Shown here: in pieces, positions 9,026-19,473 of the stretch | How the letters are laid out: each line of letters starts with the position of its first letter | Position numbering within the stretch: the first letter of the stretch is position 1 | Assembly: GCA_947459165.1 (NCBI GenBank) | Contig: CANHCW010000003.1 | Location: 1-40,871 of the forward strand | Direction: 5' to 3' | From: Flavobacteriales bacterium | Lineage (GTDB): Bacteria; Bacteroidota; Bacteroidia; NS11-12g; UBA955 | Length of the DNA: 40,871 nucleotides | Made by a program: the position numbers and the translations under genes | The notes under the pieces: model-generated | What the model was told of the DNA's origin: nothing | The model's database searches: none | What the model saw: the letters and a program-made list of their open reading frames with translations, nothing else

Positions 9026-9766
9026 ATGAGCAGGTTGTTTTTTGAACTGGGCAGGTACATTCTGTTTATGCGCAGTATGTTTTTCAAGCCGGAACGATTC
9101 AGGGTATTTTTGGAAAGAACCATTCACGAAATGAACAACATCGGGGTGGGTTCTTTGGGAATTGTAACCATTATTTCGGTGTTTGTGGGTGCTGTAACCA
9201 CCCTACAAACCGCATATCAGCTTGTTTCACCCCTGATTCCTCTGAAAGTCATCGGCACCATTGTTTCCGACAGCTCACTGCTTGAATTTGCACCTACCAT
9301 CACCTGCCTGGTACTTGCCGGCAAAGTGGGCGCAAACATTGCTTCAGAAGTGGGCAACATGAGGGTAACCGAACAAATTGATGCGCTGGAAGTGATGGGC
9401 ATTAACAGCAGCGGCTTTTTGGGTTTGCCCAAAATCATTGCCGGGGTAATTATGATTCCCATGCTAATTATCATTGCCAACTTTTTAATGATAGGCGGCG
9501 GAATTCTGGCGGCAAGACTCACCGACCTAATGCCACCCAATGAATTCATTCAGGGAGCCAGAGAAACTTTCAAATTGTTTACTGTTTCAGTATCTATGAC
9601 CAAAGCGCTGGTATTTGCTTTCATTATAACAAGTATGAGCACATACGAAGGTTACTATACTGAAGGCGGTGCACTGGAAGTAGGAGAAGCCGGAACACGC
9701 GCCGTAACCCGTGCCTGTGTGCTGATTCTTTTTTCCGATTTCATCATTGCCAAACTAATGCTGTAA
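9026..9766 (+). CDS. mlaE: MlaE family ABC transporter permease
   Basis: EFAPTITCLVLAGKVGANIASEVGNMRVTEQIDALEVMG and GGALEVGEAGT signatures. Confidence 0.92.
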   Translation: MSRLFFELGRYILFMRSMFFKPERFRVFLERTIHEMNNIGVGSLGIVTIISVFVGAVTTLQTAYQLVSPLIPLKVIGTIVSDSSLLEFAPTITCLVLAGKVGANIASEVGNMRVTEQIDALEVMGINSSGFLGLPKIIAGVIMIPMLIIIANFLMIGGGILAARLTDLMPPNEFIQGARETFKLFTVSVSMTKALVFAFIITSMSTYEGYYTEGGALEVGEAGTRAVTRACVLILFSDFIIAKLML

Positions 9767-9769
9767 ACA

Positions 9770-10504
9770 ATGATTGAACTGGTAAATCTCAACAAAACTT
9801 TCAGAGACAAACAGGTGTTGTTTGACATCAACGCAAGGTTTGAACCCGGATTAACCAACCTGGTAATTGGTGCCAGTGGCGGGGGCAAATCGGTATTGTT
9901 GAAATGTATGGTTGGCCTGATTAAACCCGAAAGCGGAAGCATCAATTACGACGGGCGCGATTTTGTGCATTTGCCTTATGAGCAGGTGCGTGAAATCAGG
10001 CGAGAAATTGGCATGCTCTTTCAGGGAACGGCCTTATTTGATTCTCTCACGGTGGAAGAGAATGTGGAATTCCCTTTAAAAATGTTCAGTAAAATGGCTC
10101 CTTCGGAACGAAAAGACAGGGTGAATTTCTGCCTCAGCAAAGTGGGATTGGAAAATGCCAACAGCAAATTTCCTGCTGAAATTTCAGGAGGGATGAAAAA
10201 ACGGGTAGGTATTGCACGCGCCATTGCACTGGAAACCAAATACCTTTTCTGCGACGAACCCAACAGCGGACTTGACCCTATAACCAGCCGCAGGATTGAC
10301 GAATTGCTGCACGATATTACCCGCGAATTCAATATCACCACCATCATCAACAGCCATGATATGAAAACGGTTTATGACATTGGCGAATCCATCACTTTCA
10401 TCTATCAGGGTAAAATATGGTGGCAGGGTCATCGCAAACAAATTGACGAAACGCGCAAACACAACCCCGAACTGGATGCCTTTATATCGGCGAGTCAGTT
10501 TTGA
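9770..10504 (+). CDS. mlaF: MlaF family ABC transporter ATP-binding protein
   Basis: Walker A GASGGGKS, signature ISGGMKKRV, Walker B FCDEP; directly after mlaE. Confidence 0.9.
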   Translation: MIELVNLNKTFRDKQVLFDINARFEPGLTNLVIGASGGGKSVLLKCMVGLIKPESGSINYDGRDFVHLPYEQVREIRREIGMLFQGTALFDSLTVEENVEFPLKMFSKMAPSERKDRVNFCLSKVGLENANSKFPAEISGGMKKRVGIARAIALETKYLFCDEPNSGLDPITSRRIDELLHDITREFNITTIINSHDMKTVYDIGESITFIYQGKIWWQGHRKQIDETRKHNPELDAFISASQF

Positions 10505-10593
10505 TTACTTATTCATAAGGTTTTTGTACAATTTCACCATCCCGTAAATCACGGCGGCAATAATTACAAAACCCATTATCAATGGCAGGTATT

Positions 10594-12309
10594 TCATTTT
10601 TTTACTTTTTGTTTCTGAACGCGTTTTAAATGAAGTCGGTTTGAAGGATCATTGCCCAGCCCTGTTATCCCGTTTTGGTAAAGTCTGATGCTTTGATCGT
10701 AATACAGCACAATCACAGGGCAATCGGGAATGAGCAGACTGTCGGCTCTAACCATCAATTGCTGCCTTACTTCACCTGTTGTGGAGAATGACTGTTGATA
10801 GAGTTTATCGAACGCAGTATTGCTGTAATGCGTGTAGTTTGGACCGCCAGGGCTGAAATTGTCACTGTAAAAACAGGCGAGGTAATTTTCGGCGTCAGGA
10901 ACATCGGCAATCCATGAGCCCCTGAAAATGCCCAGTTTGCCCTTGTTTCTGAGTTGTCTTAACATACCACCGGTTTGCACTTCAATGTTTACCTTCACCC
11001 CTATTGCCGCCCAGCATTTTTTAATAAAAACCGCCATATCCAGGTAATCAGCGGTGGTTGATAATTTAAGCGGATTCAAGCCCTTTCCATCCGCGAAGCC
11101 CGCTTTTTTCAACTCCTCTGCGGCCAAAGCCAGATTAAATTGATAGCCACTTTCGGCCTGTCCAAGCAACACTGGCGGCGTAAAGCCATTTTCACCAGCA
11201 TCGCCCAATCCATTTCGAAGGTAACGAATGATTCCCCTTCTGTCGGTGGCATAACTCAGTGCTTTTCTGAGATGAAGATTTTTATAAATATTGACTTTTC
11301 CTTCCAGCGAATCACCCAGCCAAAAACCGAGGTATTCAGTATTGAGAAACGGTTTACGAAGCAAGTTAAATCGGCCTTTGTATTTAGGCTGAAGATAGCC
11401 GTCGTTGTTCAGCAGTTCATCTTTAAAACTACTTTCCACCCCATTAAAAAAATCAAAATCGCCGGAAACAAATTTCATAAAAGCGGTTTGCTTATTTTTA
11501 ATAAAATCCACATTCACGGCTTCCAGATAAGGTAGACGATTGCCTTTGCTGTCAGATTCAAAATAATCGGGGGTTCTGCGCAACACCAGTTTCACATCTT
11601 CTTCCCACAGTTTTACGAAGAATGGGCCTGTACCCGTTGGCTTTCGCCCAAAATCAGGCGTTTTTTCCGCACTGCCCTCAGGAATTACCGAACAATATAC
11701 AGTTCCGAGCAATGCGAGCATGGTTGGATCGGGTTTGGTGAGAGTGAGAATAAAAGTGCTGTCGTTGGGTGCTTGAAAAGGTTGCATCCCGGGATTCACT
11801 TTTACAAAGCTGTCTGAAGCAATTTTACCCGAAAAAATCCAGGCAGAAGGAGATGCTGTTTTCACATCGCTGATTCGCCTGAGACTATAAGCCACATCAT
11901 TGGCTGTGAGCAACCTGCCCATGGACTGATTTTTATCATGCGAATGAAACCGAACCCCGGACCTTAAAAAGAACTTATACACAGTTGCATTTTCATTCAC
12001 AACCCACCTGTAAGCCAATGATGGCATGGGTTTCAGGGCGCTATCGAGCTCAATTAGACTATTAAACACCTGCTGGGCTATCCAAATCTCAGATTGCGAT
12101 TTGATGAAAGCAGGGTCAATCGTACCAACGGTCGCATCTTCGTTGTAACGAAAAATAAGTGCATCTGATATTTTATCCACATTTTTACAACCAGTAATCC
12201 CAAATTCGGTGTAGATAAGTGCTGCAATCGTTATGAATAAAGGAAGCAGCAGACCAATAATTTTGCCCTTCCCAACAAAGCCAATATGAAGGTTAAATAC
12301 TTTGGACAT
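10594..12309 (-). CDS. ABC transporter substrate-binding protein, family 5 (OppA/DppA-like), probable lipoprotein
   Basis: IDPA, PSLAYRW, LTANDVAYS, PTGTGPF, W..DVPDAENYL; possible lipobox ITGC; start codon uncertain (overlaps divergent gene). Confidence 0.88.
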   Translation of the reverse strand: MSKVFNLHIGFVGKGKIIGLLLPLFITIAALIYTEFGITGCKNVDKISDALIFRYNEDATVGTIDPAFIKSQSEIWIAQQVFNSLIELDSALKPMPSLAYRWVVNENATVYKFFLRSGVRFHSHDKNQSMGRLLTANDVAYSLRRISDVKTASPSAWIFSGKIASDSFVKVNPGMQPFQAPNDSTFILTLTKPDPTMLALLGTVYCSVIPEGSAEKTPDFGRKPTGTGPFFVKLWEEDVKLVLRRTPDYFESDSKGNRLPYLEAVNVDFIKNKQTAFMKFVSGDFDFFNGVESSFKDELLNNDGYLQPKYKGRFNLLRKPFLNTEYLGFWLGDSLEGKVNIYKNLHLRKALSYATDRRGIIRYLRNGLGDAGENGFTPPVLLGQAESGYQFNLALAAEELKKAGFADGKGLNPLKLSTTADYLDMAVFIKKCWAAIGVKVNIEVQTGGMLRQLRNKGKLGIFRGSWIADVPDAENYLACFYSDNFSPGGPNYTHYSNTAFDKLYQQSFSTTGEVRQQLMVRADSLLIPDCPVIVLYYDQSIRLYQNGITGLGNDPSNRLHLKRVQKQKVKK

Positions 12310-12966
12310 TCGTGTTTTGAGGTGATAAGCGGTGACAAAGCTATGCTATTCGATCCGTTCATCAGCAGCAATCCTCTTGCTGAAGGCATCGATGTGGACA
12401 AAATACAACCCGATTACATGCTCATCAGTCATGGACACGAGGACCACACCGCAGACGCTGTTCGCATTGCCAGGCAAAGTGGCTGCAAGTGCATTGGCAT
12501 TTGGGAAATCCACAGCTGGCTGCAATCGAACGGAATTGAAAATACCCACCCGATGAATATTGGCGGAAGTCACTCATTTGAATTCGGCACCGTTAAGATG
12601 GTAAGTGCAGTGCACAGCAGTTCTTTCCCGGATGGCAGTTATGCAGGAAACCCCGCCGGCTTTGTTATACAAAACAGCGATGATTGCTTTTACTATGCAG
12701 GGGATACAGCCCTGCATACCGACATGCAGCTTATTTCAAGAAAATTTAAACTGAAATGTGCATTTCTGCCCATCGGAAACAACTTTACCATGGACATTTA
12801 CGATGCCATTGATGCAGCCAGGATGGTGGGAACAACCACGGTCATCGGAATGCACTTTGACACTTTCGGCCCCATTGAAATCAATCACGAAGAAGCGCAC
12901 AGGGCATTTAAAACTGCGGGCATCCACCTGCATCTGATGAAAATTGGAGATACCATTGACATTTAA
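12286..12966 (+). CDS. Metal-dependent hydrolase, metallo-beta-lactamase fold (UPF0173)
   Basis: GHSCF, SHGHEDH, AVHSS, AGDT, LPIG, GMHFDTF; TAATTTTG -7 element at 12258-12265. Confidence 0.92.
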   Translation: MKVKYFGHSCFEVISGDKAMLFDPFISSNPLAEGIDVDKIQPDYMLISHGHEDHTADAVRIARQSGCKCIGIWEIHSWLQSNGIENTHPMNIGGSHSFEFGTVKMVSAVHSSSFPDGSYAGNPAGFVIQNSDDCFYYAGDTALHTDMQLISRKFKLKCAFLPIGNNFTMDIYDAIDAARMVGTTTVIGMHFDTFGPIEINHEEAHRAFKTAGIHLHLMKIGDTIDI

Positions 12967-12971
12967 AAAGT

Positions 12972-13805
12972 ATGAAAACAGGAAATAAAACCAACGGAGG
13001 AAAAATTATTGCCCTCGCCAATCAAAAGGGTGGCGTGGGTAAAACCACCTCTGCCATTAATCTTGCCGCCAGCCTCGGTGTGCTCGAGTACAAAACCTTG
13101 CTGGTCGATGCCGATCCCCAGGCCAATTCAAGTTCAGGCATTGGCTTTGATCCCAAAAATATTAAACTTGGATTGTATGAATGCCTTGTACAGGATATCA
13201 ATCCCAAGGATGTGATTCTCACTTCGGAAGTTCCCTATCTGGATCTCATGCCCAGTAACATTGACCTGGTGGGTGCAGAAATTGAATTGTTGAACATGCC
13301 CAACAGAGAAAGAATGATGGAAGGAGTTTTGAGGCCGCTTCGCAATGATTATGATTTTATCATAATCGACTGCTCGCCCTCGCTGGGTTTGATAACCACC
13401 AATGCCCTGGTTGCCGCTGACAGCGTGGTTATTCCTGTACAATGCGAATATTTCGCCCTGGAAGGTTTGGGAAAATTGCTGAATACCATCAAAATTATAC
13501 AGAGCCATTTGAACCGTCAGCTTGAAATAGAAGGTATTTTACTCACCATGTACGATGGACGAATGAGATTGTGCAATCAGGTGGTTGAAGATGTAAAAAC
13601 CCATTTTCAGGATATAGTATTCGAAACCATCATTCAGCGAACAGTGAAGTTGGGCGAAGCTCCCAGTTTTGGTGTTCCGGTACTCTTCCACTCAGCCGAC
13701 AGCAAGGGTAGCACCAATTACCTCAATCTGGCCAACGAGTTATTGATTAAAAACGGCCTTATTTCACCCCAGGAAACCATCGTAGAAGAAGTCAGCGCAT
13801 CATGA
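12972..13805 (+). CDS. parA: Chromosome partitioning ATPase ParA/Soj
   Basis: [36 protein letters not shown]. Confidence 0.96.
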   Translation: MKTGNKTNGGKIIALANQKGGVGKTTSAINLAASLGVLEYKTLLVDADPQANSSSGIGFDPKNIKLGLYECLVQDINPKDVILTSEVPYLDLMPSNIDLVGAEIELLNMPNRERMMEGVLRPLRNDYDFIIIDCSPSLGLITTNALVAADSVVIPVQCEYFALEGLGKLLNTIKIIQSHLNRQLEIEGILLTMYDGRMRLCNQVVEDVKTHFQDIVFETIIQRTVKLGEAPSFGVPVLFHSADSKGSTNYLNLANELLIKNGLISPQETIVEEVSAS

Positions 13806-14698
13806 ACAACATAAAGAAAAAAGGCGGTTTGGGCCGTGGCTTAAGCGCATTGCTGGAAACAGCCGATACCGACATTACCTCGAAAGAAGTTAGACCCATT
13901 GGTTCGGTTTCTCAAATACCCGTCAGTCAACTGGAAGCCAATCCATTTCAACCCCGCACTGAATTTGATCAGACAGCACTGGAAGAACTGGCAACATCGA
14001 TAAAAGTACACGGAGTGATACAGCCCATTACAGTGCGCAAAATGGGTTATGATAAATACCAGATTATCAGCGGCGAAAGAAGAACCCGTGCTGCTATATT
14101 GGCGGGCATTGAAAGAATACCGGCCTATGTAAGGGTGGCCAACGATCAGGATATGCTGGAAATGGCACTGATTGAGAACATTCAGCGCAGTGACCTGAAC
14201 GCCATTGAGGTTGCCATGAGTTACAAAAGACTTCTGGAAGAATGCAGTATCAATCAGGATGAGTTGGGAGAACGAGTGGGAAAAGATCGCAGTACCGTAA
14301 ACAATTATTTGCGTTTGCTGAAACTGCCCGATCAGATACAAGCGGGTATACAAACAGGTAAAATCAGCATGGGGCATGCGCGAGCCATGATTAATATGGA
14401 AGATCCGGTTGACCAGATGAGCCTTTTCAACCAGATTATTGAAGAGAATTTGAATGTAAGAATGGTTGAAGCCCTGGTGAAAGAGAAGAAAAACGGGAAC
14501 ACCGGTATTACCTCCCCATTAAGACCTTTGGGAACCGACTGGGATCCGGATATTGACCGCATTACCGAGGAATTTTACAAACGACTGAAAGCATCTGTAC
14601 ACCTGAAAAATGGCAACCGTGGAAAGGGTAAAATCATCATTTCTTACAAAAACCGCGAAGATTTGGAACGCATTTTGAACCTGGTTGGCAGGTCCTGA
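13802..14698 (+). CDS. parB: Chromosome partitioning protein ParB/Spo0J
   Basis: [42 protein letters not shown]. Confidence 0.96.
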   Translation: MNNIKKKGGLGRGLSALLETADTDITSKEVRPIGSVSQIPVSQLEANPFQPRTEFDQTALEELATSIKVHGVIQPITVRKMGYDKYQIISGERRTRAAILAGIERIPAYVRVANDQDMLEMALIENIQRSDLNAIEVAMSYKRLLEECSINQDELGERVGKDRSTVNNYLRLLKLPDQIQAGIQTGKISMGHARAMINMEDPVDQMSLFNQIIEENLNVRMVEALVKEKKNGNTGITSPLRPLGTDWDPDIDRITEEFYKRLKASVHLKNGNRGKGKIIISYKNREDLERILNLVGRS

Positions 14699-14704
14699 TA
14701 CAAT

Positions 14705-15220
14705 ATGCGTTTGCCTGTACTTGGTTTATTCTGCTTGATGCTGTTTGGGGCAAACGCGCAAACAGATAGTCTTGCATTACCCAAACAGCCCATAAATCTG
14801 TTCTCCTGGAAAGATCCGCACTCACCTACCAAGGCCAGTATTTACAGTGCTGTCATTCCCGGATTGGGTCAGTTGTACAATCAAAAGTACTGGAAAGTGC
14901 CGCTGGTGTATGCAACTTTGGGTACTGCCACCTGGTTGATGTTAGACCAGCGTGCGCAAATGAAAAAATTAAACCTGCAGTTTGAAAAAGCTTACGCTTT
15001 AAATAAAGATACCAGCATTGACATTAACCTCATATCACAGCGGGATAATCACAGGCGAATGCGTGATTTCGGAATACTTGCCATTTCGGCCATTTATGTT
15101 TTGCAAATTGCCGATGCTGCTGTGGATGCCCATTTTTTCAAGTTCGATATCAACCAAAGTTTGTCTGCACGCATTTCTCCTTCTAACTCAAGACTGCTAA
15201 CCGTTAACTATCGCTTTTGA
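14705..15220 (+). CDS. DUF5683 family protein
   Basis: Signal peptide, KASIYSAVIPGLGQLYNQKYWKVP, DAAVDAH; usual position after parB in Bacteroidetes. Confidence 0.85.
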   Translation: MRLPVLGLFCLMLFGANAQTDSLALPKQPINLFSWKDPHSPTKASIYSAVIPGLGQLYNQKYWKVPLVYATLGTATWLMLDQRAQMKKLNLQFEKAYALNKDTSIDINLISQRDNHRRMRDFGILAISAIYVLQIADAAVDAHFFKFDINQSLSARISPSNSRLLTVNYRF

Positions 15221-15534
15221 TGAACAGGATTGAACAACTTGAGATTTTTTTATTGGAAACGCCCAATGATGCCTTTTTAAATTATGCACTGGCCACCGAA
15301 TATGTGAGTATGGGCGATGATGAAAAAGCAGAATTCATTTTTAGGGATTTGCTTGAGAAAAACCCGGATTATGTAGCAACTTATTATCATTTGGGCAAAT
15401 TGCTGGAGAGAAAACAGCAAAAATTCGAAGCCATGGATATTTACAGGATAGGTATAGAAAAGGCCAAGGCAAAGGGCGAACAACACAGCTTAAGCGAGCT
15501 GCAAAGCGCACTGCTTGAACTGGAATACGAATAA
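15220..15534 (+). CDS. Small tetratricopeptide-repeat protein
   Basis: PNDAFLNYALATEY and PDYVATYYHLGKL TPR pattern; TGATG overlap with DUF5683. Confidence 0.88.
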   Translation: MNRIEQLEIFLLETPNDAFLNYALATEYVSMGDDEKAEFIFRDLLEKNPDYVATYYHLGKLLERKQQKFEAMDIYRIGIEKAKAKGEQHSLSELQSALLELEYE

Positions 15535-15539
15535 ATAAA

Positions 15540-16574
15540 TTACTTACCGAAAATAAGCATACCTGCTCCTGTGAGCAGCATATTCACTATGGCTAAGGGA
15601 ATCATACTCTTCCAGCCCAAATGCATGAGCTGATCATAGCGGAAGCGGGGTAAGGTCCAGCGAATCCACATGAAGGCAAAAATGAAGAGGCTGATTTTGG
15701 CGAAGATGGTCACAATTTGCAGTGTGGCCAACAAATTCTGGCTTTCAATGAGGTGCATGCCCGGAAAATTGTATCCGCCAAAGTAAACGCAGGTCATAAC
15801 CGCACTGCTGATGAACATATTGATGTACTCGGCAAACAGGTAAAATCCAAGTTTCATGCTTGAATATTCAGTATGGTATCCACCAATAAGTTCGCTTTCA
15901 CACTCGGGCAAATCGAAGGGGGCTCTATTGCATTCGGCCAACGCACAAGTAAAGAAAATGATGAAGCCCAGTGGCTGGTAAATGATGTTCCATTGCATTC
16001 CTCCCCAACCGCTTTGCTGATCCACGATGGTTCTTAGGCTTAAACTTCCACTCATCATGATTACAGCAATCAATGCCAAACCCATGCTGAGTTCGTAACT
16101 GATCATTTGGCTGCTGGCCCTGATGGCTCCGTAAAGTGAGTATTTGTTGTTGGATGCCCAGCCGCCAATCATGATGCCGTAAACACCTACGCTTACAATG
16201 CCCATTATGTATAAAATTCCAATATCCACATCGGCAACCTGCAATTCAATTTTGCGACCGAACAGCTCAAGATGACTGCCCCAGGGAATAACGGCACTGG
16301 TGATGCAGGCGGTTATCATAGCCAAACCCGGGCCAATAATGAACAACCATTTTTCTGAACTACGGGGAATCAGTTCTTCCTTAAAGAACATTTTCCCTGC
16401 ATCGGCCAGGGGTTGCAAAATTCCATAAATACCGGCTCGGTTGGGTCCCAGACGATCCTGCAAAAATGCGGCTACTTTTCTTTCTCCATAGGTAAGATAA
16501 GTGGCAATGCCCAGGGTAATGGCCGTGAGTATGAGAATGAGAATACTTTTTTCAAACAGCAGTGCTAAATCCAT
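15540..16574 (-). CDS. nuoH: NADH-quinone oxidoreductase subunit H
   Basis: ERKVAAFLQDRLGPNRAG, SNNKYS, AECNRAPFDLPECESEL, RFRYDQLM. Confidence 0.97.
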   Translation of the reverse strand: MDLALLFEKSILILILTAITLGIATYLTYGERKVAAFLQDRLGPNRAGIYGILQPLADAGKMFFKEELIPRSSEKWLFIIGPGLAMITACITSAVIPWGSHLELFGRKIELQVADVDIGILYIMGIVSVGVYGIMIGGWASNNKYSLYGAIRASSQMISYELSMGLALIAVIMMSGSLSLRTIVDQQSGWGGMQWNIIYQPLGFIIFFTCALAECNRAPFDLPECESELIGGYHTEYSSMKLGFYLFAEYINMFISSAVMTCVYFGGYNFPGMHLIESQNLLATLQIVTIFAKISLFIFAFMWIRWTLPRFRYDQLMHLGWKSMIPLAIVNMLLTGAGMLIFGK

Positions 16575-16575
16575 A

Positions 16576-17544
16576 TTATGCTTTATTCAAAAGGGGTGTA
16601 TGTTCAGGAATGGGATCTTCGTATTTGTTGGCGCTGATAACCGAATGTCTATCGATGTGGCGCGGACCTTCAAATACCCAGTCACTCTTTTGCTTTTTGT
16701 TGAAACGGCAGTCGTTGCAAATAAACTCTTTTACTTCACCGTATTGATCCTTGCGGGCAGTGATACGGGCAATTTCATCGCCAATCATCCATGCCACGGC
16801 CTTGCCGCTGCATTTGCTGCATTCGCAATGCACATCCATGGGTTTGGTGTACCATACGCGACTTTTGAAACGGAAGGTTCTGTCGGTAAGGGCACCAACT
16901 GGACAAACATCGATTACATTTCCGATAAAGTCATTGTCCAGTGAATTTTGAATGTAGGTACTGATTTCAGCGGCATCGCCCCGTTTGAGTACGCCATGTT
17001 CCCTTGCATTGGTCAGCTGATCTGCTGTATAAACGCAGCGATAGCAAAGAATGCAGCGGGTCATGTGCAGCTTGATGTATTCGCCAATATCAATTTGATC
17101 GAAGGTGCGGCGCTTGAATTCGTAGCGGGTTTTCTCCAATCCATGTTCGAAAGCCAGGTCCTGCAAATGACATTCTCCGGCCTGATCGCATATCGGACAA
17201 TCCAGCGGATGATTGATAAGTAAAAACTCCACCACACCTTTTCTTGCATCAAGTACTTTCTCGCTGCTTTTGTTTTTCACTTCCATGCCATCGGCCACCG
17301 GAGTGCTGCAGCTGGCCACCAGTTTAGGCATTGGGCGGGGATCTTTTTCACTGCCCTTGCTTACCTCAACCAAACAGGTGCGACATTTGCCGCCACTGCC
17401 TTTTAAACTGCTGTAATAGCACATGGCAGGAGGCACAACTTCCCCGCCAATCTCTCTGGCGGCATTTAAAATCGTTGTTCCCGGTGCTACTTCCACCAAT
17501 TTGCCATCGATGGTTACCTTTATTTTTTCGGTCTGTTCAGACAT
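16576..17544 (-). CDS. nuoG: NADH-quinone oxidoreductase subunit G, short form (Fe-S domain only)
   Basis: CRTCLVEV, NHPLDCPICDQAGEC, RCILCYRC, CPVGAL; 322 aa, no C-terminal molybdopterin-like domain. Confidence 0.92.
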   Translation of the reverse strand: MSEQTEKIKVTIDGKLVEVAPGTTILNAAREIGGEVVPPAMCYYSSLKGSGGKCRTCLVEVSKGSEKDPRPMPKLVASCSTPVADGMEVKNKSSEKVLDARKGVVEFLLINHPLDCPICDQAGECHLQDLAFEHGLEKTRYEFKRRTFDQIDIGEYIKLHMTRCILCYRCVYTADQLTNAREHGVLKRGDAAEISTYIQNSLDNDFIGNVIDVCPVGALTDRTFRFKSRVWYTKPMDVHCECSKCSGKAVAWMIGDEIARITARKDQYGEVKEFICNDCRFNKKQKSDWVFEGPRHIDRHSVISANKYEDPIPEHTPLLNKA

Positions 17545-17556
17545 TGTTCAATTCAA

Positions 17557-18909
17557 TTATGCCGTTGCGGTTTCAAAAGTTTTTTCGGTTACCAGCCCGT
17601 AATTTCTTTCCATACAGGCCTTGGGTTCATTGACATGCCATTCAAACTCCTCGCGGAAATGACGAATGGCGGCAGCAACCGGCCATGCAGCCGCATCTCC
17701 CAATGGACAAATGGTATTGCCTTCAATTTTACGCTGTATATCCCACAGGAGATTGATATCTTCCATTTTTCCATGACCGTATTCAAGGCGGTGCAATACC
17801 TTTTCCATCCAGCCGGTTCCTTCACGACAGGGACTGCATTGTCCGCAACTTTCATGGTGATAAAAACGGGTAAAATTCCAGGTATTGCGAACGATACACT
17901 GGTCTTCATCATACACAATGAATCCGCCGGAACCCAACATGCTACCTGTGGCAAAACCACCGTCGGCTAAACTTTCGTAAGTCATCAACCGATCTTCACC
18001 TGCTGCAGTTTTGCAAACCAGGTAATGAGGTAAAATGGGCACCGATGAACCTCCGGGAACGCAGGCCTTAAGTCGTTTACCGTTTTTAATTCCACCGCAG
18101 TAGGTATCGGAATAAATGAATTCTTCTACGGTGATATTCATTTCAATTTCATACACCCCGGGTTTGTTGATGTTGCCACCCGCAGAGATGAGTTTGGTAC
18201 CCGTGCTTCTGCCAATTCCTATTTTGGCATATTCTTCACCACCGTCATTTACAATAGGAACAACCGCAGCAATGGTTTCAACATTGTTCACCACGGTCGG
18301 TCTTTGCCACAATCCCTTTACAGCAGGAAATGGCGGTTTGATGCGAGGATTTCCTCTTTTGCCTTCCAAGCTTTCAATCAGGGCAGTTTCTTCGCCACAG
18401 ATATAAGCTCCGGCACCCGGTGTTACCGACAAATCCAAATCGAAACCCGTGCCCAGAATATTTTTACCCAGCCAGCCGTTTGCATAGGCTTCTGCTATGG
18501 CTTTTTCCAGAATGCGGAGAACATACATGTATTCGCCACGGATATAAATATAAGATTGGTTGGCTCCCAGTGCGAAAGAAGAAACAATCATTCCTTCAAT
18601 CAGCAAATGCGGGATTTTCTCCATCAGGTAACGATCCTTGAAAGTTCCTGGTTCGCTTTCATCAGCATTACAAAGCAAATGCCTGGGAACACCTTCGGGC
18701 TTGGCCAAAAAACTCCACTTCATACCGGTAGGAAAGCCGGCTCCGCCTCTTCCCCTCAATCCTGATTTCTTGACTTCTTCCACCACCTCATCAGGACTCA
18801 TTGTTTTGAGGGCTTTTTCAACGCTGCGATAACCACCGTTTTTGCGGTACACATCGTAACCGGCAATGCCTTCAACATTAACCTTATCTAAAAGCAGTTT
18901 GCGCGTCAT
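17557..18909 (-). CDS. nuoF: NADH-quinone oxidoreductase subunit F
   Basis: GRGGAGFPTGMKW, NADESEPGT, GAYICGEETAL, ESCGQCSPCREG. Confidence 0.97.
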   Translation of the reverse strand: MTRKLLLDKVNVEGIAGYDVYRKNGGYRSVEKALKTMSPDEVVEEVKKSGLRGRGGAGFPTGMKWSFLAKPEGVPRHLLCNADESEPGTFKDRYLMEKIPHLLIEGMIVSSFALGANQSYIYIRGEYMYVLRILEKAIAEAYANGWLGKNILGTGFDLDLSVTPGAGAYICGEETALIESLEGKRGNPRIKPPFPAVKGLWQRPTVVNNVETIAAVVPIVNDGGEEYAKIGIGRSTGTKLISAGGNINKPGVYEIEMNITVEEFIYSDTYCGGIKNGKRLKACVPGGSSVPILPHYLVCKTAAGEDRLMTYESLADGGFATGSMLGSGGFIVYDEDQCIVRNTWNFTRFYHHESCGQCSPCREGTGWMEKVLHRLEYGHGKMEDINLLWDIQRKIEGNTICPLGDAAAWPVAAAIRHFREEFEWHVNEPKACMERNYGLVTEKTFETATA

Positions 18910-19460
18910 GATTTTGCTGAATTAAGGTTTGTCTCCTGCCCCATGTAATTGGCCACGGGGTTTTTACGATACGCTTCAATCAACTCATCAACCTTGGCCT
19001 CGGTGAGGTGTTCGTGGTATTTTTCACCGGCCTGTAACATGGGAGCATATCCGCATGCACCGAGACATTCAACGGTTTTCAGCGTAAAAATGCCGTCTGC
19101 CGTTGTTTCTCCATCTTGAATGCCCAATTTATCTTCTATGTACTTTACAATTTTTTCGGCACCTTCAATCATACAAGGTCCAGTGCGGCACACTTCCAGT
19201 TTCACTTTGCCCACGGGCTTGGTATCGTACATGCTGTAAAAAGTTGCTACCTCATACACTTCTATGGGTTGAATATGCAACAATCGGGCTACATAATCCA
19301 TAACCGGTACGCTAAGCCATCCAAATTCGGCCTGCGCAATGTGCAACACCCTTATCAGGGCGCTTTTTTGTTTGCCTTCGGGAAACTGACCGATTACTCG
19401 GTTCACCTCCTTCAGGAGTTCGTCGCTAAAACTGACTTGACTATGGGTTGTTTCAGACAT
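18906..19460 (-). CDS. nuoE: NADH-quinone oxidoreductase subunit E
   Basis: VATFYSMY, CRTGPC, ECLGAC 2Fe-2S motifs. Confidence 0.96.
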   Translation of the reverse strand: MSETTHSQVSFSDELLKEVNRVIGQFPEGKQKSALIRVLHIAQAEFGWLSVPVMDYVARLLHIQPIEVYEVATFYSMYDTKPVGKVKLEVCRTGPCMIEGAEKIVKYIEDKLGIQDGETTADGIFTLKTVECLGACGYAPMLQAGEKYHEHLTEAKVDELIEAYRKNPVANYMGQETNLNSAKS

Positions 19461-19473
19461 CTTTCAACTGTAA

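Noticed and set aside
8857-9123. 88-aa minus-strand ORF and a 17-aa plus-strand ORF at 8873
   Set aside because: Overlap mlaE and the structured RNA; the RNA pairings explain the sequence better, and neither peptide has a leader-peptide signature.
12972-15534. parS site or replication origin near parAB
   Set aside because: No TGTT(T/C)CACGTG(A/G)AACA palindrome or DnaA-box cluster was spotted by eye; a motif scan would be needed to exclude it fully.
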